This document shows positions 27,270-43,620 of a stretch of DNA of 64,000 nt, piece after piece. How positions within the stretch are numbered: position 1 is the stretch's first letter; the number at the start of each line of letters is the position of its first letter. The notes beneath the pieces are model-generated. The model did not search any database and was not told where the DNA came from. It saw only the letters and a program-made list of their open reading frames with translations. The DNA comes from the human T2T-CHM13v2.0 reference genome, Homo sapiens. The position numbers were made by a program, and so were the translations under genes. The stretch is taken from assembly GCF_009914755.1 (NCBI RefSeq), contig NC_060933.1; one strand, written 5' to 3'.

Positions 27270-27873
27270 AACATCAATGCCCCCCAAATCCATGTGTCCC
27301 ATCCAGAACTCCCTCTTGAGTGCCAGTCTCCTCCATCCTGCTGCCTTCTGGACATCCTCACTTGGCTGCCCCACAGCACCTGACTTGAGTGCATCCCAAA
27401 CTGAGCTCATTGTCTTCCATTATACCTGTGCTTCCTCAAGCTGGACTTGCTTACATCTCCAGCCTGATCTCTTAAACCTTCCCCCATATTTTTATGTTTC
27501 AGTCTTGTTAAATTTCTTTGTTTTCCTAAACTCAGCATGTCTTCCCTAACCTCTTAGCTTTTAAACACACTATTCTTTCTGTCTCTGACCCTGCCACTCC
27601 CTCTTTACCCACCTAATTTTACTTGTTCTTTACCCACCTAATTTCTACTTGTTCTCTAGATCAATTTATCTGGTCAGGCACTATGTGCCTTACTTCTCTC
27701 CCCACTGGATTATATGCCCTTCTTGTATCTGAGCTTTCCTTTTTGAAGCCCTTATCATGTTAGTTATTTGGCGAGGACTTCCAGTTGTCTCTGTACTCCT
27801 AAGGACAGGAGCTCTGTTGTCTCTGGCCCTGACATAAGTGTCTAAACGTACTAGGTGCTCACTAAATGAATGA
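27270..27873 (+). mobile_element. L2 3' fragment
   Basis: 'ctggacatcctcacttggctg', 'cccaaactgagctcattgtctt', terminal 'taggtgctcactaaatgaatga'. Confidence 0.65.
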
Positions 27874-28204
27874 GATATACTCAATTTGAGTTTATTTGAT
27901 CCAATAATATTATAAGTTATAGTTTGTGAATTTTTAAATTTAGAAATAATTTTAATCAGTTGGGGAATATACAGTTAACAATACAAGAAAACAACTAGCT
28001 TAATTGTTTTTCGTAGCTTAAAATTGATTATTAAGGATAATAGGAGAAATCCGATGTTACTGAAGTAATTTATGTCCCAGAGTAAGATTTCCGTGAAGGC
28101 TTAAAAGTGAGGTATTGTGGTTAGAGATAACAGCTGTCCTATAAAATGAGGTGGGCGGGGTGAGAGTGGGGCATAGGATGGGGTGAGAGGAATGACTGTC
28201 TGGG

Positions 28205-28400
28205 CAATGGTGTTCTAATCTCAAATTAAAACCTTTTTACAACCCATCTTACAGATCTTAGAACTCGTAAAACACTAATGTATCTTCAGAGATTCTGATA
28301 TATTAGAAGTGAATAGGGGACCAGGAATCTCCATGTTTTACAAGCTGCCAGGTGATTTAAATCCACATAGTCTACCAGCCAAACTTAGAGCAAACAGTTT
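28205..28400. mobile_element. MER5-type (hAT-Charlie) fragment
   Basis: 'cagagattctgat...ccaggaatctccatgttttacaagctgccaggtgatt'. Confidence 0.6.
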
Positions 28401-29019
28401 TAGAAGATCCCCTAAATGTACTGTCATCTGCATTTTAAAGATGTTCCTTTGGAACCATCGTTTTCTTTTGCTTGTTGTTTCCTTACTCAATTTTTATCTT
28501 CAGCAGCATCTGGGCACCCAGCATGTTTTGGATAAATGCATGAGTGAATGAATGAATGACTCATGTCTCTATATTTCTTTAAGAGCCAATTACAGTTTTT
28601 AGTGAGGAAACATAAGATTGCAAGTCAGAGTATGTACTTTTTCTCACATTCATTTTTCCCTAAGCAATGTTGAATTTTTTCTTCACCAAACATTTATGTA
28701 ACATGTTTTATTGGGGAGGTCCCATGCTAAGTGTGTGGGATACTGAGGGCACTCCTTCCTCACAATGAGCTCCCAGTCCACTGGGAGAGGCTAACATGCC
28801 CACTAGCAATTCCAGTACAGTATCTTTGATGCATTAATAAAGGATGTTCAAAATGCTATGGGCACCTGGAGAAAGGGATGAAGAGCTCCTCCTCCTGCAG
28901 AATGAACTAAGAATTCTATTTAGCTCTTAGTGTAAGAAAGGCTAAATTGAATAGGGTTATAGTATAATTCTGCAGATGACTTGCAATTGATTAAAAAAAG
29001 CCATGAATTTTTAAATAAG

Positions 29020-29255
29020 AGCTATGGTTTGTTGAGTAACTAGTGTGTGTCCAGTACTTAACATATATTATTTCAATTAATCTATACAGAAACCCTTTGA
29101 AGTAGATGTTATTAACCCCATGTATAATGGGATTATAGATGGGAAAGCAGGGTTAGCTAGGAAAGCAAAGCAAACAGCTCAGGAACCCAGCAAGCACTAA
29201 ATGAAAATACAGGAACTTAACCTGACTCCAGAGCCTTAGCGTTTTCCACTGTGAC
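29020..29255. mobile_element. MIR fragment
   Basis: 'atatattatttcaattaatctatacagaaaccctttgaagtagatgttattaacccca', 'cctgactccagagcc'. Confidence 0.65.
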
Positions 29256-31059
29256 ATGTATTTTCCCTAACACGGTTATTAATTGTTATAATGAATAATG
29301 CAAATTTGTTTAATATTTTAAAGGGCAAATCTATTTGATCTATGAAAAACCTGCAGATTTTTCATAATTTTTAGCAATGCAGGTCAATTATTCTGCTATT
29401 AAGGTGATGGTTGGTATCTTTATTTATCATTTAAAATCCCTTTACTTTGTATTTCTAGTAAGTCCAGTTCCATTGAGAATTGGTGACAAAAGAAGAGAAA
29501 GTGAAAGGATGGATTAAAATAAGATTTGCAGTATTATTTAAAAATACAGCAGTGTGATTTAGGCTATCACTATTACTTGAAAGTACACTGATGCATTTAT
29601 GCTTAAACAAGTTTTTTAAATGAGTCCACACGCTTAAATAGAGTTTATGGTATCTTAGAATAATTGGAGCAACTGCCAGACTCCTTGTCTATATCAAGAA
29701 TTTCGGTCCTAGAAGACACTTTTTCTGTACAGGAATTACAGTTACTTCCATCTGGTGCTAGATGTATTTTTTAGCATTAAACTAGAGGATCATTTAGAGG
29801 TGCCATGTTTTATTCAATTAAGCCTAGGAAATGCACTAAAAGGTAGATTCTCCATTACTTCCTGGAGGCTAATTAGGATGTAAGTCTGAGATCTGAACAC
29901 TACTTGTAGCTTCTGCTTAGACGTCTGCTTCAAGCCTTACCTAATTTTTCCATAGGAACTTGGGGTTTTTAACTATAAATATATCAAAGTGGTTGACATG
30001 GGGAGAGGTATTTAGATTTCTTCCCATTAAGATAAAAAATGCAGATAGAAGCCAACTGACAGTACAGAGGCCATTTTGGTTAGGAGCCGTCTGCAGTCTT
30101 TATCTTGTTACCCTTCTGGGATGCTGTGGAGGTTAAGGTCTCCAGCCTTTTTGAAAAGGGCTCTTTGGAATTGTGAAATGTGACCTCAAACAGGAGAGAG
30201 GTATGAAAGCAAATTGACTGTAGACATTTTTCATGAATTGGCCAGCTAGTTGCCAAATAACCAGAAATCAGAGCCCAGATCAGGAACTGCAGCTTCCAGT
30301 AAGTTACTCTATGGCAATTTATACCTTTTTTGCTTTTTTTGTGTGTGTATCTTTGTTTTGTTTTAAATGTGTAGGAAGCTAGGTGAAATTGCTTACTATA
30401 ATCAGCAAGTTCTTATGGTACAGGCTAAAGATTAAAAATCAGAGGGGATAGCTAGATTAATCATTGGAATCTACAGGCAATCCAAAAAAATCTCAATTCA
30501 GGTGATCACTTTAGCCATTTTGCTCCCAGTATGTGTTTTCCCAAAAATGTTAATCAGAAAGCAGAGATGACTGAGTTGAATGCTGCTGGATCTCTCTATT
30601 ACCAGTAAGTCAAGAATTGGAAGGCGCCATGGATCTGAGTAAATAGCCCAACATAGATTGGGTGGCAGGGATTAATAAGGGAGACATTCCAGAAAAGAGG
30701 ATAGAAAAGAACAGAGACTCAGAGAAAGAAAAAACATGAAAACTACTTAGTCACAATAGAATGGTCGTGCTGATTTGTGACTGCAGGGAAGATTAAAACG
30801 GTAGGCCTTCTTAAGAAGGTGCATGTATTCTAGTTTTCTTGTGTTTTGTTTATCTTTAAACGGATTTTTTAAATTTCTTGTTCCTTGTCTTTTTTGGAAA
30901 AGCATTATAGGAAATGTTTTAGGAGTAAGGAGGCATAATTTAAGAAGCATAACTGAGACAGGCAATAAAAATTGTTTTATACTTTGTTTTGCCTGGACTC
31001 CTGGGAGGCCAATATTAATATCTTGCTAATTTCCAAGAAACAAAGGGGAGAATGAAAGG

Positions 31060-31390
31060 GCCAGAATTCTATCTTTGAAAGTATGGAGAATGAGGATTGA
31101 TATGATTGAAGCAAATGAACTATGAAGGATGTGAATACAGTGTCCGTTACATCTCAGAGTGCCTGAACTGGTGAGCCCCAGGGTATGGTGAGTCGGGAGT
31201 TGTGCTAAATACACAAACTCTGTAGATCGATAAATAGTCCTTGACCTCACAGGGTGAGCAACTTTGAGAAGTACAAGGACATATAACTTTATAGTCTGGA
31301 TATTACATTTTTGGGACCTCTTACTCCATGAGATTATACAGATAAAAATATGAATTATTTCAGGAGATATTTAGATAAATTCATGAAAGA
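31060..31390 (+). mobile_element. CR1/L3 3' relic (interrupted)
   Basis: 'gagaatgaggattgatatgattgaagc...atgaagg' and 'ttcaggagatatttagataaattcatga' resemble CR1/L3 3' consensus motifs. Confidence 0.45.
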
Positions 31391-31444
31391 CGGTTTTGTA
31401 AGAAAATAAGAGGGAGGTAGAGATCTTTGGTTATTGACAACAAA

Positions 31445-31640
31445 TCTAATAACGGTAGCTATTATTTGTTATCAGGCACTATTTAATGTGATGCTTTAAT
31501 ACCACAAGATATTTGTTGGCCACTTTTTACAAATGAGGAAACTGAAGCTTAGAGAAGTGAAGTAACTTGCCTAAATTTACACAGCCAGTAGGTGTAAATG
31601 GCATTAGGCCGAGGCATTCTGAGCCCATGTCCTTAACTCT
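31445..31640. mobile_element. MIR fragment
   Basis: 'ttttacaaatgaggaaactgaagcttagagaagtgaagtaacttgcctaa' MIR core. Confidence 0.85.
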
Positions 31641-31699
31641 TCAATGTGTATCACTTTTCTAAGTATGGAGAGATACATACTTTTCTTCTATACACTATA

Positions 31700-31985
31700 T
31701 CTTAGAACTTTAAAATCAATAAGAAAAAGACAGCTAGTAGAGAAATGGACAGAATAGAAAAATCCTGATAGTTAAGAAGATATGAAAAGATCCTCAATCT
31801 CACTAGTAAACAATGAAATAACATTAAAACCATAGTGAAGACCATTTCATATCCACCAAAATGGAAAAAATTAAAAGCCTGACAATTCCGAATGCTGGTG
31901 AGAATATGAAGTAACCAGAACTCTTGTTTACTGCTTGTGATATGTAAACTGGCACATCTACTTCTGATAATGGTTGGGCATTACA
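31700..31985 (+). mobile_element. Old L1M ORF2 3' fragment
   Basis: 'atatgaaaagatcctcaatctcactag', 'aattaaaagcctgacaattccgaatgctggtgagaatatg'. Confidence 0.7.
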
Positions 31986-32719
31986 CTGCTGAATTCTTGT
32001 CCAAGTTAGGGCCCATCAACAAACAGTATTTTAATTATAGATAATTTAGATAATGTAATTGGTGATGGAGTAGAGGGGGAAGCATCTGATTAAAATAATT
32101 CTGAGTAAAAAAATGGAAAAGATAATACATATTTAAAGGCCTTGGACTTAAAGGAACAATGTTAGCAATATTTTTTTTCGCATGCTAGAATTTGGGAATT
32201 ATGGTACCTATTTTTATAAGTTCACTCAAGAAATAGAAGTGTAATGTAGAGCTGTTGGAGAATAACTTATATTATATCTTACCGGAATCTTAAGTGTTAC
32301 ATACTTTAGCTTGTTTTCTAGTTTTCTATTATAATACTGGTGTATGGTCCCCAATCTTGGTATATTTTGGTGTTAGCTAAAATTATCAGTTGCTAACAAA
32401 GGCAGATCACTAGCAGGTAGATTTTTTAAATGGGGTCTCTGAAATTCAAATTTGATTCAGTAGGTATCTCAAAATTAAATTCTCTGCACTAAATTTGCCA
32501 AACATACAACTTCTCTAGGATGTTACCTCTTTGGTGAATGTAGAAATACCTGAGCATTGATGTGATGATTTCTCCTCACACATCCTCTTTCATAATCTAA
32601 TGTCTTACCCAGAACACTTAAGGCCAAATGGAAAAGGATATATCTGTGTTTTCCAAAGAAATTTTAAGATCACTTCAGCCATCGAGTTCACATGCTGATT
32701 TATGCTGTGATTTTTGCAG

Positions 32720-32808
32720 GGAAGACTAGGAGAGCTGGAGTTGCAGTTAAAACATGGAAAAGAAGAACCTGAGGAGGTGCAGTACAAAAAAAGCACAGCC
32801 TGGCTCTG
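32720..32808 (+). CDS. FOCAD: Focadhesin internal coding exon (89 nt, phase 0-2): GRLGELELQLKHGKEEPEEVQYKKSTAWL(W)
   Basis: tttttgcag| acceptor, TG|gtaagt donor, frame continuity. Confidence 0.94.
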
Positions 32809-32994
32809 GTAAGTGTTCATGTTCAGCTGCCCATTATTTGTCATGGGAAGTGAGCTATGAGGGGAAAGGTAACTACTTTAAAGGCTTTAAGATTAGCAGG
32901 TTTAACCTCTATATGTGAGCCTGAAGGGGAAATGACAGAAGAGCTGATAGGTGTATTCCCTAGATAGGAGATAGAGAGCTTTATTTATAAATTA

Positions 32995-32995
32995 T

Positions 32996-33041
<46 letters not shown>
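32995..33041. repeat. (CA)n microsatellite, about 20 units
   Basis: Direct reading. Confidence 0.97.
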
Positions 33042-33044
<3 letters not shown>

Positions 33045-33804
33045 CTAAAACAATGTGGAAACAGTTTGCTTTTTCCCTTTTCCACCTGTAACTGATTATT
33101 TTATATGCTTTTGAATGAAAAATTCTTTTTTTCCCACTCTGTTCATTGCTTTCCTACCTCACATGTAGTCAAGGATTACTTCTCCCCTCCTCTGCTCCCC
33201 TCTTCCCCAAGACATAATTATTAGGAGCAACTTTACCGTGTCATGGGTTTAATTTCTTTGGCAGACATTTCCCAGGGAATTCCCACTATATCATCTAGAA
33301 ATATATTAGTGCTGGCTCATAAAAGCAACTTAAACTGTTTCATGGGTTGAGAAGAATACTCTATCAGATTTGTGTTTCACCAGCCTAAATGTAAGTAAAG
33401 TGCCTAAAGTCTAAATAGCTTTGCCTACAACCACAGGTTGCTTTAATCTAAAAATCTGTCCGAAGATTATTTAATTATAGGTTTTCATTTACTGACAGTT
33501 GGCTCATGTAGAAAAGGAGAAACTGTGTGTATGTATTTGATTAATTGTATTCTAAGTCATATTTTCTATATTTATCAAAAAATGGCAATGAAGTTTAAAA
33601 CATTATGATATTGGATTTAGGATTAGAGGGTTTTGTATCCTATTTGCTCGTATCTTTTGCATCTATTTTAAATTTAATCATCTGAAAGTGATAATTGGTG
33701 AAGTAGTATATTTGCTAAGTTCTTTAAAATATATAGAGAGACCTATCAATACATATTCCTAGTGAAAACTCATGGGCTGTGTATATATGAGTATAAAGGA
33801 GTTA

Positions 33805-33998
<194 letters not shown>

Positions 33999-34069
33999 CT
34001 ACCTTGAAGTGAGCTCTTCCTCATCCTCACTTAATTGGAACACAATCCCAAATCTAAGTAAAGTCATCA

Positions 34070-35560
34070 CTTGATTTATTATTTCAAAAAGTATTTATTG
34101 AGTGTCTGTCATGTGCCAGGCACTGTTCTAAGCACAGAGGAACAGCAGTGAATAAAGCCCCTTCTTTGTCCCTCCAAAGCTTATACTTGAGTAGATGGAA
34201 ACCTGTAATAAACAAATAAACAAATGGAATATGATAGAAGTTGATTCATGGAAGAAAAATAAAGTACGATAGAGGGAACAGAGAGTGAATGAGGCTTGAG
34301 GGAGGTTGAGGGGTGGCATTACCATTTTCTGTACGGTGTTCAGGGTCTCTTTAATAATATGACATTTGAATGAGACCTGAAGGAAGTGGTGGAGTGAGCC
34401 AAGCTGATATCTGGAGAAGAGCATTCTAGGAAGAGGAAACAGCGAATTCATCATAGGCCCTGGGAGTGTACCTGGCAAAGCCTGTGTGGCATGGAGAGCG
34501 CAAGGATGGAAGTAGTGGACATGAGAGTAGAGAAGTTCGGGAGATTGCAGGGTGGAGAGTCTTTGTCAGCACAAAGAGGACTTTGTGAGTGAGATGGAGA
34601 AACATTGGCAGATCTTAATCACAGAATCTGACTCATGATTTAAAAGGACCACTCCAGCTGTTATGTTGAAAATACACCCTGCGGGGCATGGTTAGGAGTC
34701 CGTTGCAATAATTTAGGCAAGAGATAATAGTGTTTTAGACTAGGATGTTAGTGTGGAAAAGTAAATTGATTTTGAATCTATTTTAAGGCAGATATCATAC
34801 GTTATAAATGCTAATAATTGAAATGAAGGATGTGAAAGAAAGGGATCAATCAAAGATACTCCAAGATTTTAACTCTAAACAAAAGTATGGCATTTCCATT
34901 TAAGACAAGGAAGACTAGAGAAAAGCAGGTCTGCGTAGAATAGGAATCAGATTTTGGACTTAGGCCTGAGATGCCTCATTAGCCTCCAATTAGAGATAGC
35001 AAGCAGGTTGTTGACTAGTCTATAGTTCCAGGGAGAGCTCAGAGCTAGAGAGGTGAATTTAGGAAACATCAGCATATTGATGGCATTTAAAATCATGATG
35101 CTGGATGAGGTCACTTAGGGAGTGAATAAAGAAAGAGAAGATTTCAAAAGATTGAGCCCTGATTCTATATTTAAAGGTGGGGAAGATGAAGAGGGAACCA
35201 ATAAAGCAGACGAAAAATTAGTTATCAGTGACGTAGAAAGAGAACCAAAAGAGAGTAAAATCTTAAAAGCCAAGGAAAGAAGGCATTCTAAGGAGCAACC
35301 AACTGTGTCAAATACTGTTGTTAGGCTGCAGAAGATAGGGACTGAGAATTGAGCATTAGATTCAGTCTCTTGAAAATAATTGGTGGTCATGACAGGAGCT
35401 CTTTTGGTAGAGTTATTGAGACAAAAGCCAGGTTCTAGAAGGATCTAGAGAGAGTGGAAGGAAATAACGAGAGTCATCAAGCATAATCTTTTACACAAGT
35501 TTTGACGTATAACAGACCAAGAAATGGGGCAATAGCTGGTGGGCTTGTTCTGCTTTCTTC
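34070..35560 (-). mobile_element. L2a element, about 1.5 kb
   Basis: Antisense L2 3' end 'gtatttattgagtgtctgtcatgtgccaggcactgttcta' followed by continuous L2 motifs. Confidence 0.85.
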
Positions 35561-36328
35561 TTTTAGAGGGTAGATACTACAGTATGTTCACATGCTAAGG
35601 GAAATAATACAAGTAGAGATGGAAAAATTTGTGATGCAGCAGAGAGGAGGGAGTAGAGAGGTAGCTTTAGTGCACAAGTGGAAGGTTTGACCTTAAATGT
35701 AAGTATACATAGGTCATCATTTGTAAATATTCCACACTGACCAATGAAATATTACATTGAATGGACTATATTCCATTTAGGAATACGGAAATTAAACAGT
35801 ACATTTTAGAGAAATTTGCAGTCAAATGCTTTTAAAAAATACAAGATTGACATCTATAGGAGGTGTTGCACCTGTCTGAAAAACTTGTCTCTTAAGAGTG
35901 ACTCATTCTCAGAGTGCTGAATAGCTAAGATTTTATTATATATCAAATGCAAATATTTATGAATGTCAATATAATTTATATTTAAATGCAACAACTTTAA
36001 CAATATTTATAAAACCTTCGAATTTATAAAATTCAATGTTTATATTGAAAATGATCCTTTTAAAAAAGTAAATTTGACAGCAAGTGGTTGTTTTTTACTT
36101 CATATTGAAAATTCTATATTGAATTAAAAATTAGGTTCTGTAAATATTTGAATTGTGCCTACCTTCTTTCTAACCCACAAGTATAATTATTTTCTTTTGG
36201 CTTTCCTGTGACTATATAACCAAAGTTTGAAATTGCATTTTCTATAAACACATAGCGACTATTTCATATGTACAATTTGAAAATTGTAAATTGATGTTTT
36301 GGTGAGCTCTCATGTAAAAAAGAGAGAC

Positions 36329-36429
36329 TGTCTTAGTCAGTTTGGGCTTCTAAATGCCACCACATTGGGGATTAGGATTCAATTTCAAATGTGAATTTGG
36401 TGGGGTATGCAAACATTCAGTCCATTGAA
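36329..36429. mobile_element. Internally deleted MaLR (MLT1A/MST-like) LTR
   Basis: 'tgtcttagtcagtttgggct' start joined to 'cacattggggattagg...caaacattcagtccattgaa' end. Confidence 0.6.
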
Positions 36430-36745
36430 GAGAGTAATATAATGGACACTTGTATACTCACCACGCTGTCTGAGATAATACTGTTACAGTGCTATCTGTA
36501 CATCCCCCCTCAGTTACACATTCACCTCCTCCTTGCCTCCACTCAGTGACCTTATGAACAGGAAGATGAAGCTATCTGTAAAGCAGAGCCCTTATTACAG
36601 TTCTTTCACCTTATACTGAAATTCTACCTGTATAGTTTTAAGATCTGGAGCCATTGCTGGAGGTTCTTATTAATTGATGAAAAAGAGAAAGGAATGATTT
36701 CTTGTTCTAACATAAACTCTCGTCTATTTTCCATCTTTATTGCAG

Positions 36746-36790
36746 GGTTAGAGACATGCTGACTGATGAGATCACCAAGGCAGCTGCAAA
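36746..36790 (+). CDS. FOCAD: Focadhesin small internal coding exon (45 nt, phase 2-2): (W)VRDMLTDEITKAAA(K)
   Basis: ctttattgcag| acceptor, AA|gtaaga donor; completes split codons TG+G and AA+G. Confidence 0.92.
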
Positions 36791-38294
36791 GTAAGATCCA
36801 TTTAGTCTTTTATCAAACATTTTTTATAAATACCTTTTCCTGGCAGGTACATACATTTTCTCCTTTTAGGGCATTTCATAATTTTAAGGATTTTAGAGTA
36901 CTTTTCAATTATTTTTTTAAAAAATTAATCGTTACCCTTCTTATAGTAGGTGAATTCTTACTACATGTCTTTTTGTGAAAATACAGAAGGATTGGTACTA
37001 ACATATAACTTTTACATCAGGAGTCACTGAAGTTGAGCCCCTGCTGTATACCTAACAGATGACATGTGCTTTGGCTTAAACTTAAAGGATTGTAATTTAG
37101 TTCGAGGGGATTAAAAAAAAAAAGAAAGGAATCCTTGCTAATATGAGTTATGTTGGTAGTACTTCCTTTTGTTCCATTGGTGTTATTGGGTTCCGCATAT
37201 CTAAAAATTGAATTTTTAAATACTAAAAACTAATGCCAAGGCCCATTAAAAAAGCAGTTTTAGTCATATGCTTATGGTTGTTTTAACAAAAATTACTTGA
37301 GTGTCACTGCCTTGATGCTTTTTATTTACCTTAAGCCAGCTCTCACTAAAAAATACCCGAAACTTGCTTGAACAATCTCTTCAGGTTCCTTTGTCAACTG
37401 ACAAGCTGACTAATTGTTCCTGGCAGTAAGTTACATGCCAGTTACACTCCCTTCCACCATCTTCTCTAACTGCTGCCATTTCTGTTTGACTCCTTTCTTT
37501 CTTGCCTCCAACCAACACAGATATACCTTTGACCTAGAGGATTTCATGTGTATTAAAAGTCCATATCATCCAGAAATTTTTAATTGTAGTATAGTTTATC
37601 CTTTTCATGTCACAAAACCTTCTGTAGCTAAATAGATTTTGCCTTAAAAACAGAACAAAAAATGATCTACCTTAGAGTTAGCTTTCTATCAATAATTTCT
37701 TAAACAGACACTTAACTGTGAAGTCTGATCTCAGCAGATTATCACTGTTCAGTCTCATGTCTTCTGGATAAAGAGAAATAGAAGTGATAATCCTCCCCTG
37801 ACTCAGTCCTATGGAAGGCACTGGGAAATATCTGTTGATAAAATGAAAACTAAAGTACAGAGAGCTTAGATGGAGACTCATTCTTGTCTTGTTTTCCCAC
37901 TTTGGTGAATTGCAGACATAGTGGGAGAGGGCTCAGTTGCATATCAGAGGGGGAGGGGATGCTGGGATGAGAATGCAGGCTGTCTTTGACCTTTACCTGT
38001 AATAGTTTGTTCTCTTATGTAGTCTACATATATCCTATTAAAAGCAGTGCTCTGACATTTGCTGCAAAAACTTGAATGCAGAAGAAACTACCAACTTTCT
38101 CCTAAAGCAAATTATAATTCCTCGTGTCTAGTAGATATTGCAATTTTCCATTCTAAAATTTTACTCCAGTGTGACTGTAATTTTCATATTCACAAAGTAT
38201 CACTTCGTGACTAATACCTAAAGAAAATATGTTTACATGAGTAAAACTAATTCATGTTCTCATGGTATTACCTTCTCATCAAAACTTACAAAGT

Positions 38295-38642
<348 letters not shown>

Positions 38643-38927
38643 CTAGGAATGGTAGCAAGTGTATAAGAGATATTTTAGGTCTGGAGGCTGAGAGATTGGT
38701 GATAGAGCAGGGGAAAAAATCATTCTGTCACCCTCTCTGCTTCTTCCCACTGGCTTCCTCCAACATGAGGCCTTCACCACTGCCCGCTGCCAGCTTAGCT
38801 TCCCTTTCCTTAGCTACGGCTGCCACAGGCTGGTTTGGGTCAGGGTATGGCTTGTTTTGTTCAGAGCTAGAAGTTAAATGCAAAAAGTGACATACCAATC
38901 ATGGGATGATCCTGATTTGTTCATGTA

Positions 38928-40852
<1,925 letters not shown>

Positions 40853-43511
40853 TGAAGGTGAAAACAAAAAAAAGTCGAGTCAATAAAAATTTAGCAAATT
40901 TTCACATCCAAAAAAATAAAAAAGAACATTTAAAGCTTCAGGGATAGGGGTAAGGGAGAGTCAGAACACGTATAAAACCTGATGATTGATGTGAATTTAT
41001 TTCCCTTATTATTTATTAAACAGATTTAAACCTGAAGATAAAAATCACTGAAGTATTGAGTCACTTTACTAATATGTAATGTAATACTTTGTCCCTAAGA
41101 AAGCATCATTGTAGCTCAGCCTTCCTTGTGCTTTTTAATTAGGTTAATAACATCATTTTGTTTTAAAGGACAATTTAATTAAAGCGTCGGTGGTGTTGCC
41201 TAGATAAATACTCTGTGGAAGCTGACATGTTATTATGCAAATTAGTCTCTCTTGTTTGACTGGTAGGGGATAGTTATTTGAGCAACAAGGTGATGAGTTT
41301 TTACTGAACCAGTTATAGATTCCCACCTCTCCAGCTCCTCCTTGAATTTGTTTCACTTAGTATGTATTGAGTACCTTCTATCCATAAGTCATTGTGGCAG
41401 GCATGAAGGGAATGCGAAGATGATCAAGAGTTAGTCATGGTACCTTTGTGAAATGTGTAATTTGGCCTAGGGCTGCACTGTATAGAGTGGACTAGGTTTT
41501 TAATTCAAAGATTATTATCCAAATATGTGTTCATTCTGCAACCAAATATATTATTACCAGTGTTTTTAAATAAATTTTTCTCCATTACTTAAGAACAATA
41601 CATACTCAGATATGTCAAGACTAGTGAAGGATTTGAAATAAAATAGTTTTTGGTACTGTTTTAAAACCGAGGCTAATTTCTCTTTCAGAATTTTGGGGTT
41701 AAAAAGAACTTTTTATGTTATCTTGTCTAATATATTTGTTTTATGACTTTTGATACCCAGATTCTAGTGACCTCACGTTTTCTACAGAGTAATAAAACTG
41801 GGACTCTAATACTCAGATCACTCAAAATTTAGAACTGTTTTTAAAACTCACCTTTAGGGATTCATGACCATTTTGCAGTAGGAAAGGCCTCAGGATATTC
41901 TGTTAAAAGAAAGAGATAATATTAGAAATAAAAGATTTAATTTTGTTTTTGTTAAATGATTTTATGGCTAGGGCACCTAGGAATGACCAAATCCCACCTT
42001 GTTTCCTTGTGTTTTCTTATTAGCTATATGAGTGCTCTGTAATTCTCTTTGTAGAACTCTAGCAAAACCCAGGTTGGGGCCATCTGCTTAGACCTCAAGG
42101 CTTCCTTCCCATTTTCTCCTCCAACCCTCCCCATTATAAACGTTGATGTCTTGCTAACTTTTGACAGGCCTTATAGAGGAATACATTGAGGTGGGGGGGG
42201 TGGTGGTGAACAAAATGATCAAGGCTTCAAGTCTTCACAGAGCTTAACCACTCTAAAGTGGAAGGGAGAGGGGGAAGGAAGGATGGGCGAATAGATAGGA
42301 AGGATTTGTTAATGGCAAGTCCTGAGTCCCATTCTTACCAAATGAAAGCAGAAATGCAAGAACACATGTGCGCCAGCAATTTAATACCCACTGACTCAAG
42401 TCTTCAATTGAGACTATGGCTTGGGACTTGAGGTACTAGGCTCATTTAGGGAGCAGAGTTGAAAATCTTCCTTATCCCTCATATCTGTTATAGTCCTGCC
42501 CTGAGGTAAGCAGGAAGTGGTTCTTGGATCATGCACTGAATTCAGATTCGGGTTTGAAGTCCAAATTTTGGGGAACATTGTATTTATGGGAACCCACATC
42601 AAAGGACTGAGGACTAAACGATCTGATGGTATGGGTGCTCTTGTTGCTGGAGTTCTGTTATAAACGAATTGGCAAACCTAGAGCATCTGATTGGTGTCCC
42701 ATAGGGGACTTTATAGGATCAGCTTGGAATTATGGAATAATATTAAATGTACATTTTCAAGTGGTGAGTATATTAAAAAGGTTCAGGTTTTTACGTTAAA
42801 TTCAGAAGTCAAACTCTTAAGAGTTTATTGCTGATATTAGAAGGCTACCATTTAGATGATGTAAAAAGGCAACTTTCAGTCCAAATAGTCTAAAAACAGC
42901 CCTTTTTCATTTGCATCTTATCTGGGGTCTCCAAATTATATTACAAACTGGGTTTAAGGTTGATAGTTTTGCTATATTAAGAGAAAGAAGGAGAGGATAA
43001 AAATGAGTAAGAAAAGCTGCTGTGTGTCAAGTTGTAAGGTATGCAGGCTGAAGTGGTTTGCTAGAAGCCAGTTCAACATACCGGTGCTTCAGAAAAGCCA
43101 AAGATTGTTCTATTCTGCTGGGCTTATTGACATAACTGTCTTAGTTATGTCTTTACAACAAATCAATAATTTTAAATTGGCCAAAGATGACACAGAAGAG
43201 ATCCTAGGAAATGTAATGTTAATAGATGAAATAAAAATTTAGGAAGAAACAACTTACTAAGCTTGGATTTTTAAGTTATGAAAAGGCATAATGACCCATA
43301 CTACATTGATAAGAAGAATTCAGAAACAGCTCTAGAGTCAGAAGGAAGGAAAGAAACTGTTGGCCTAACACAACAAACAGACCTGCATTTACAAGACTCT
43401 GTGAAGGAACACAAGTTGCTTTTTGACTTCACCTGCCCTCCTATATTAGCTCTTTCTCTTCTTCTGGTTAATACCAAAGTTCTCTGTTGAAATTTTTTTC
43501 CTTTTGAACAG

Positions 43512-43620
43512 GGAGAGTCCGGTAGTGAAAGGCAATGCGCTGTTAGCTCTAAGCAGCCTTGCTGTCGTCGTATCTAGACATGAAGCCAGCCTCTCCTCAG
43601 ACTCTGACGGGCTCCTGGAG
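43512..43620 (+). CDS. FOCAD: Focadhesin internal coding exon (109 nt, phase 2-0): (K)ESPVVKGNALLALSSLAVVVSRHEASLSSDSDGLLE
   Basis: ttttttccttttgaacag| acceptor, GAG|gttagt donor, locally CpG-richer coding-like sequence. Confidence 0.93.

Noticed and set aside
27602-27652. 25-bp tandem duplication (also 12-bp at 20681-20704 and about 24-bp at 54271-54316)
   Set aside because: Ordinary slippage duplications, mostly within old repeats, with no sign of function
28151-28184. G-quadruplex-like run pattern
   Set aside because: One loop exceeds 7 nt and such motifs are common; L1 3'UTR G-tracts are a known feature of the element
35122-35352. Charged 76-aa ORF
   Set aside because: Lies inside the purine-rich antisense strand of the L2a element
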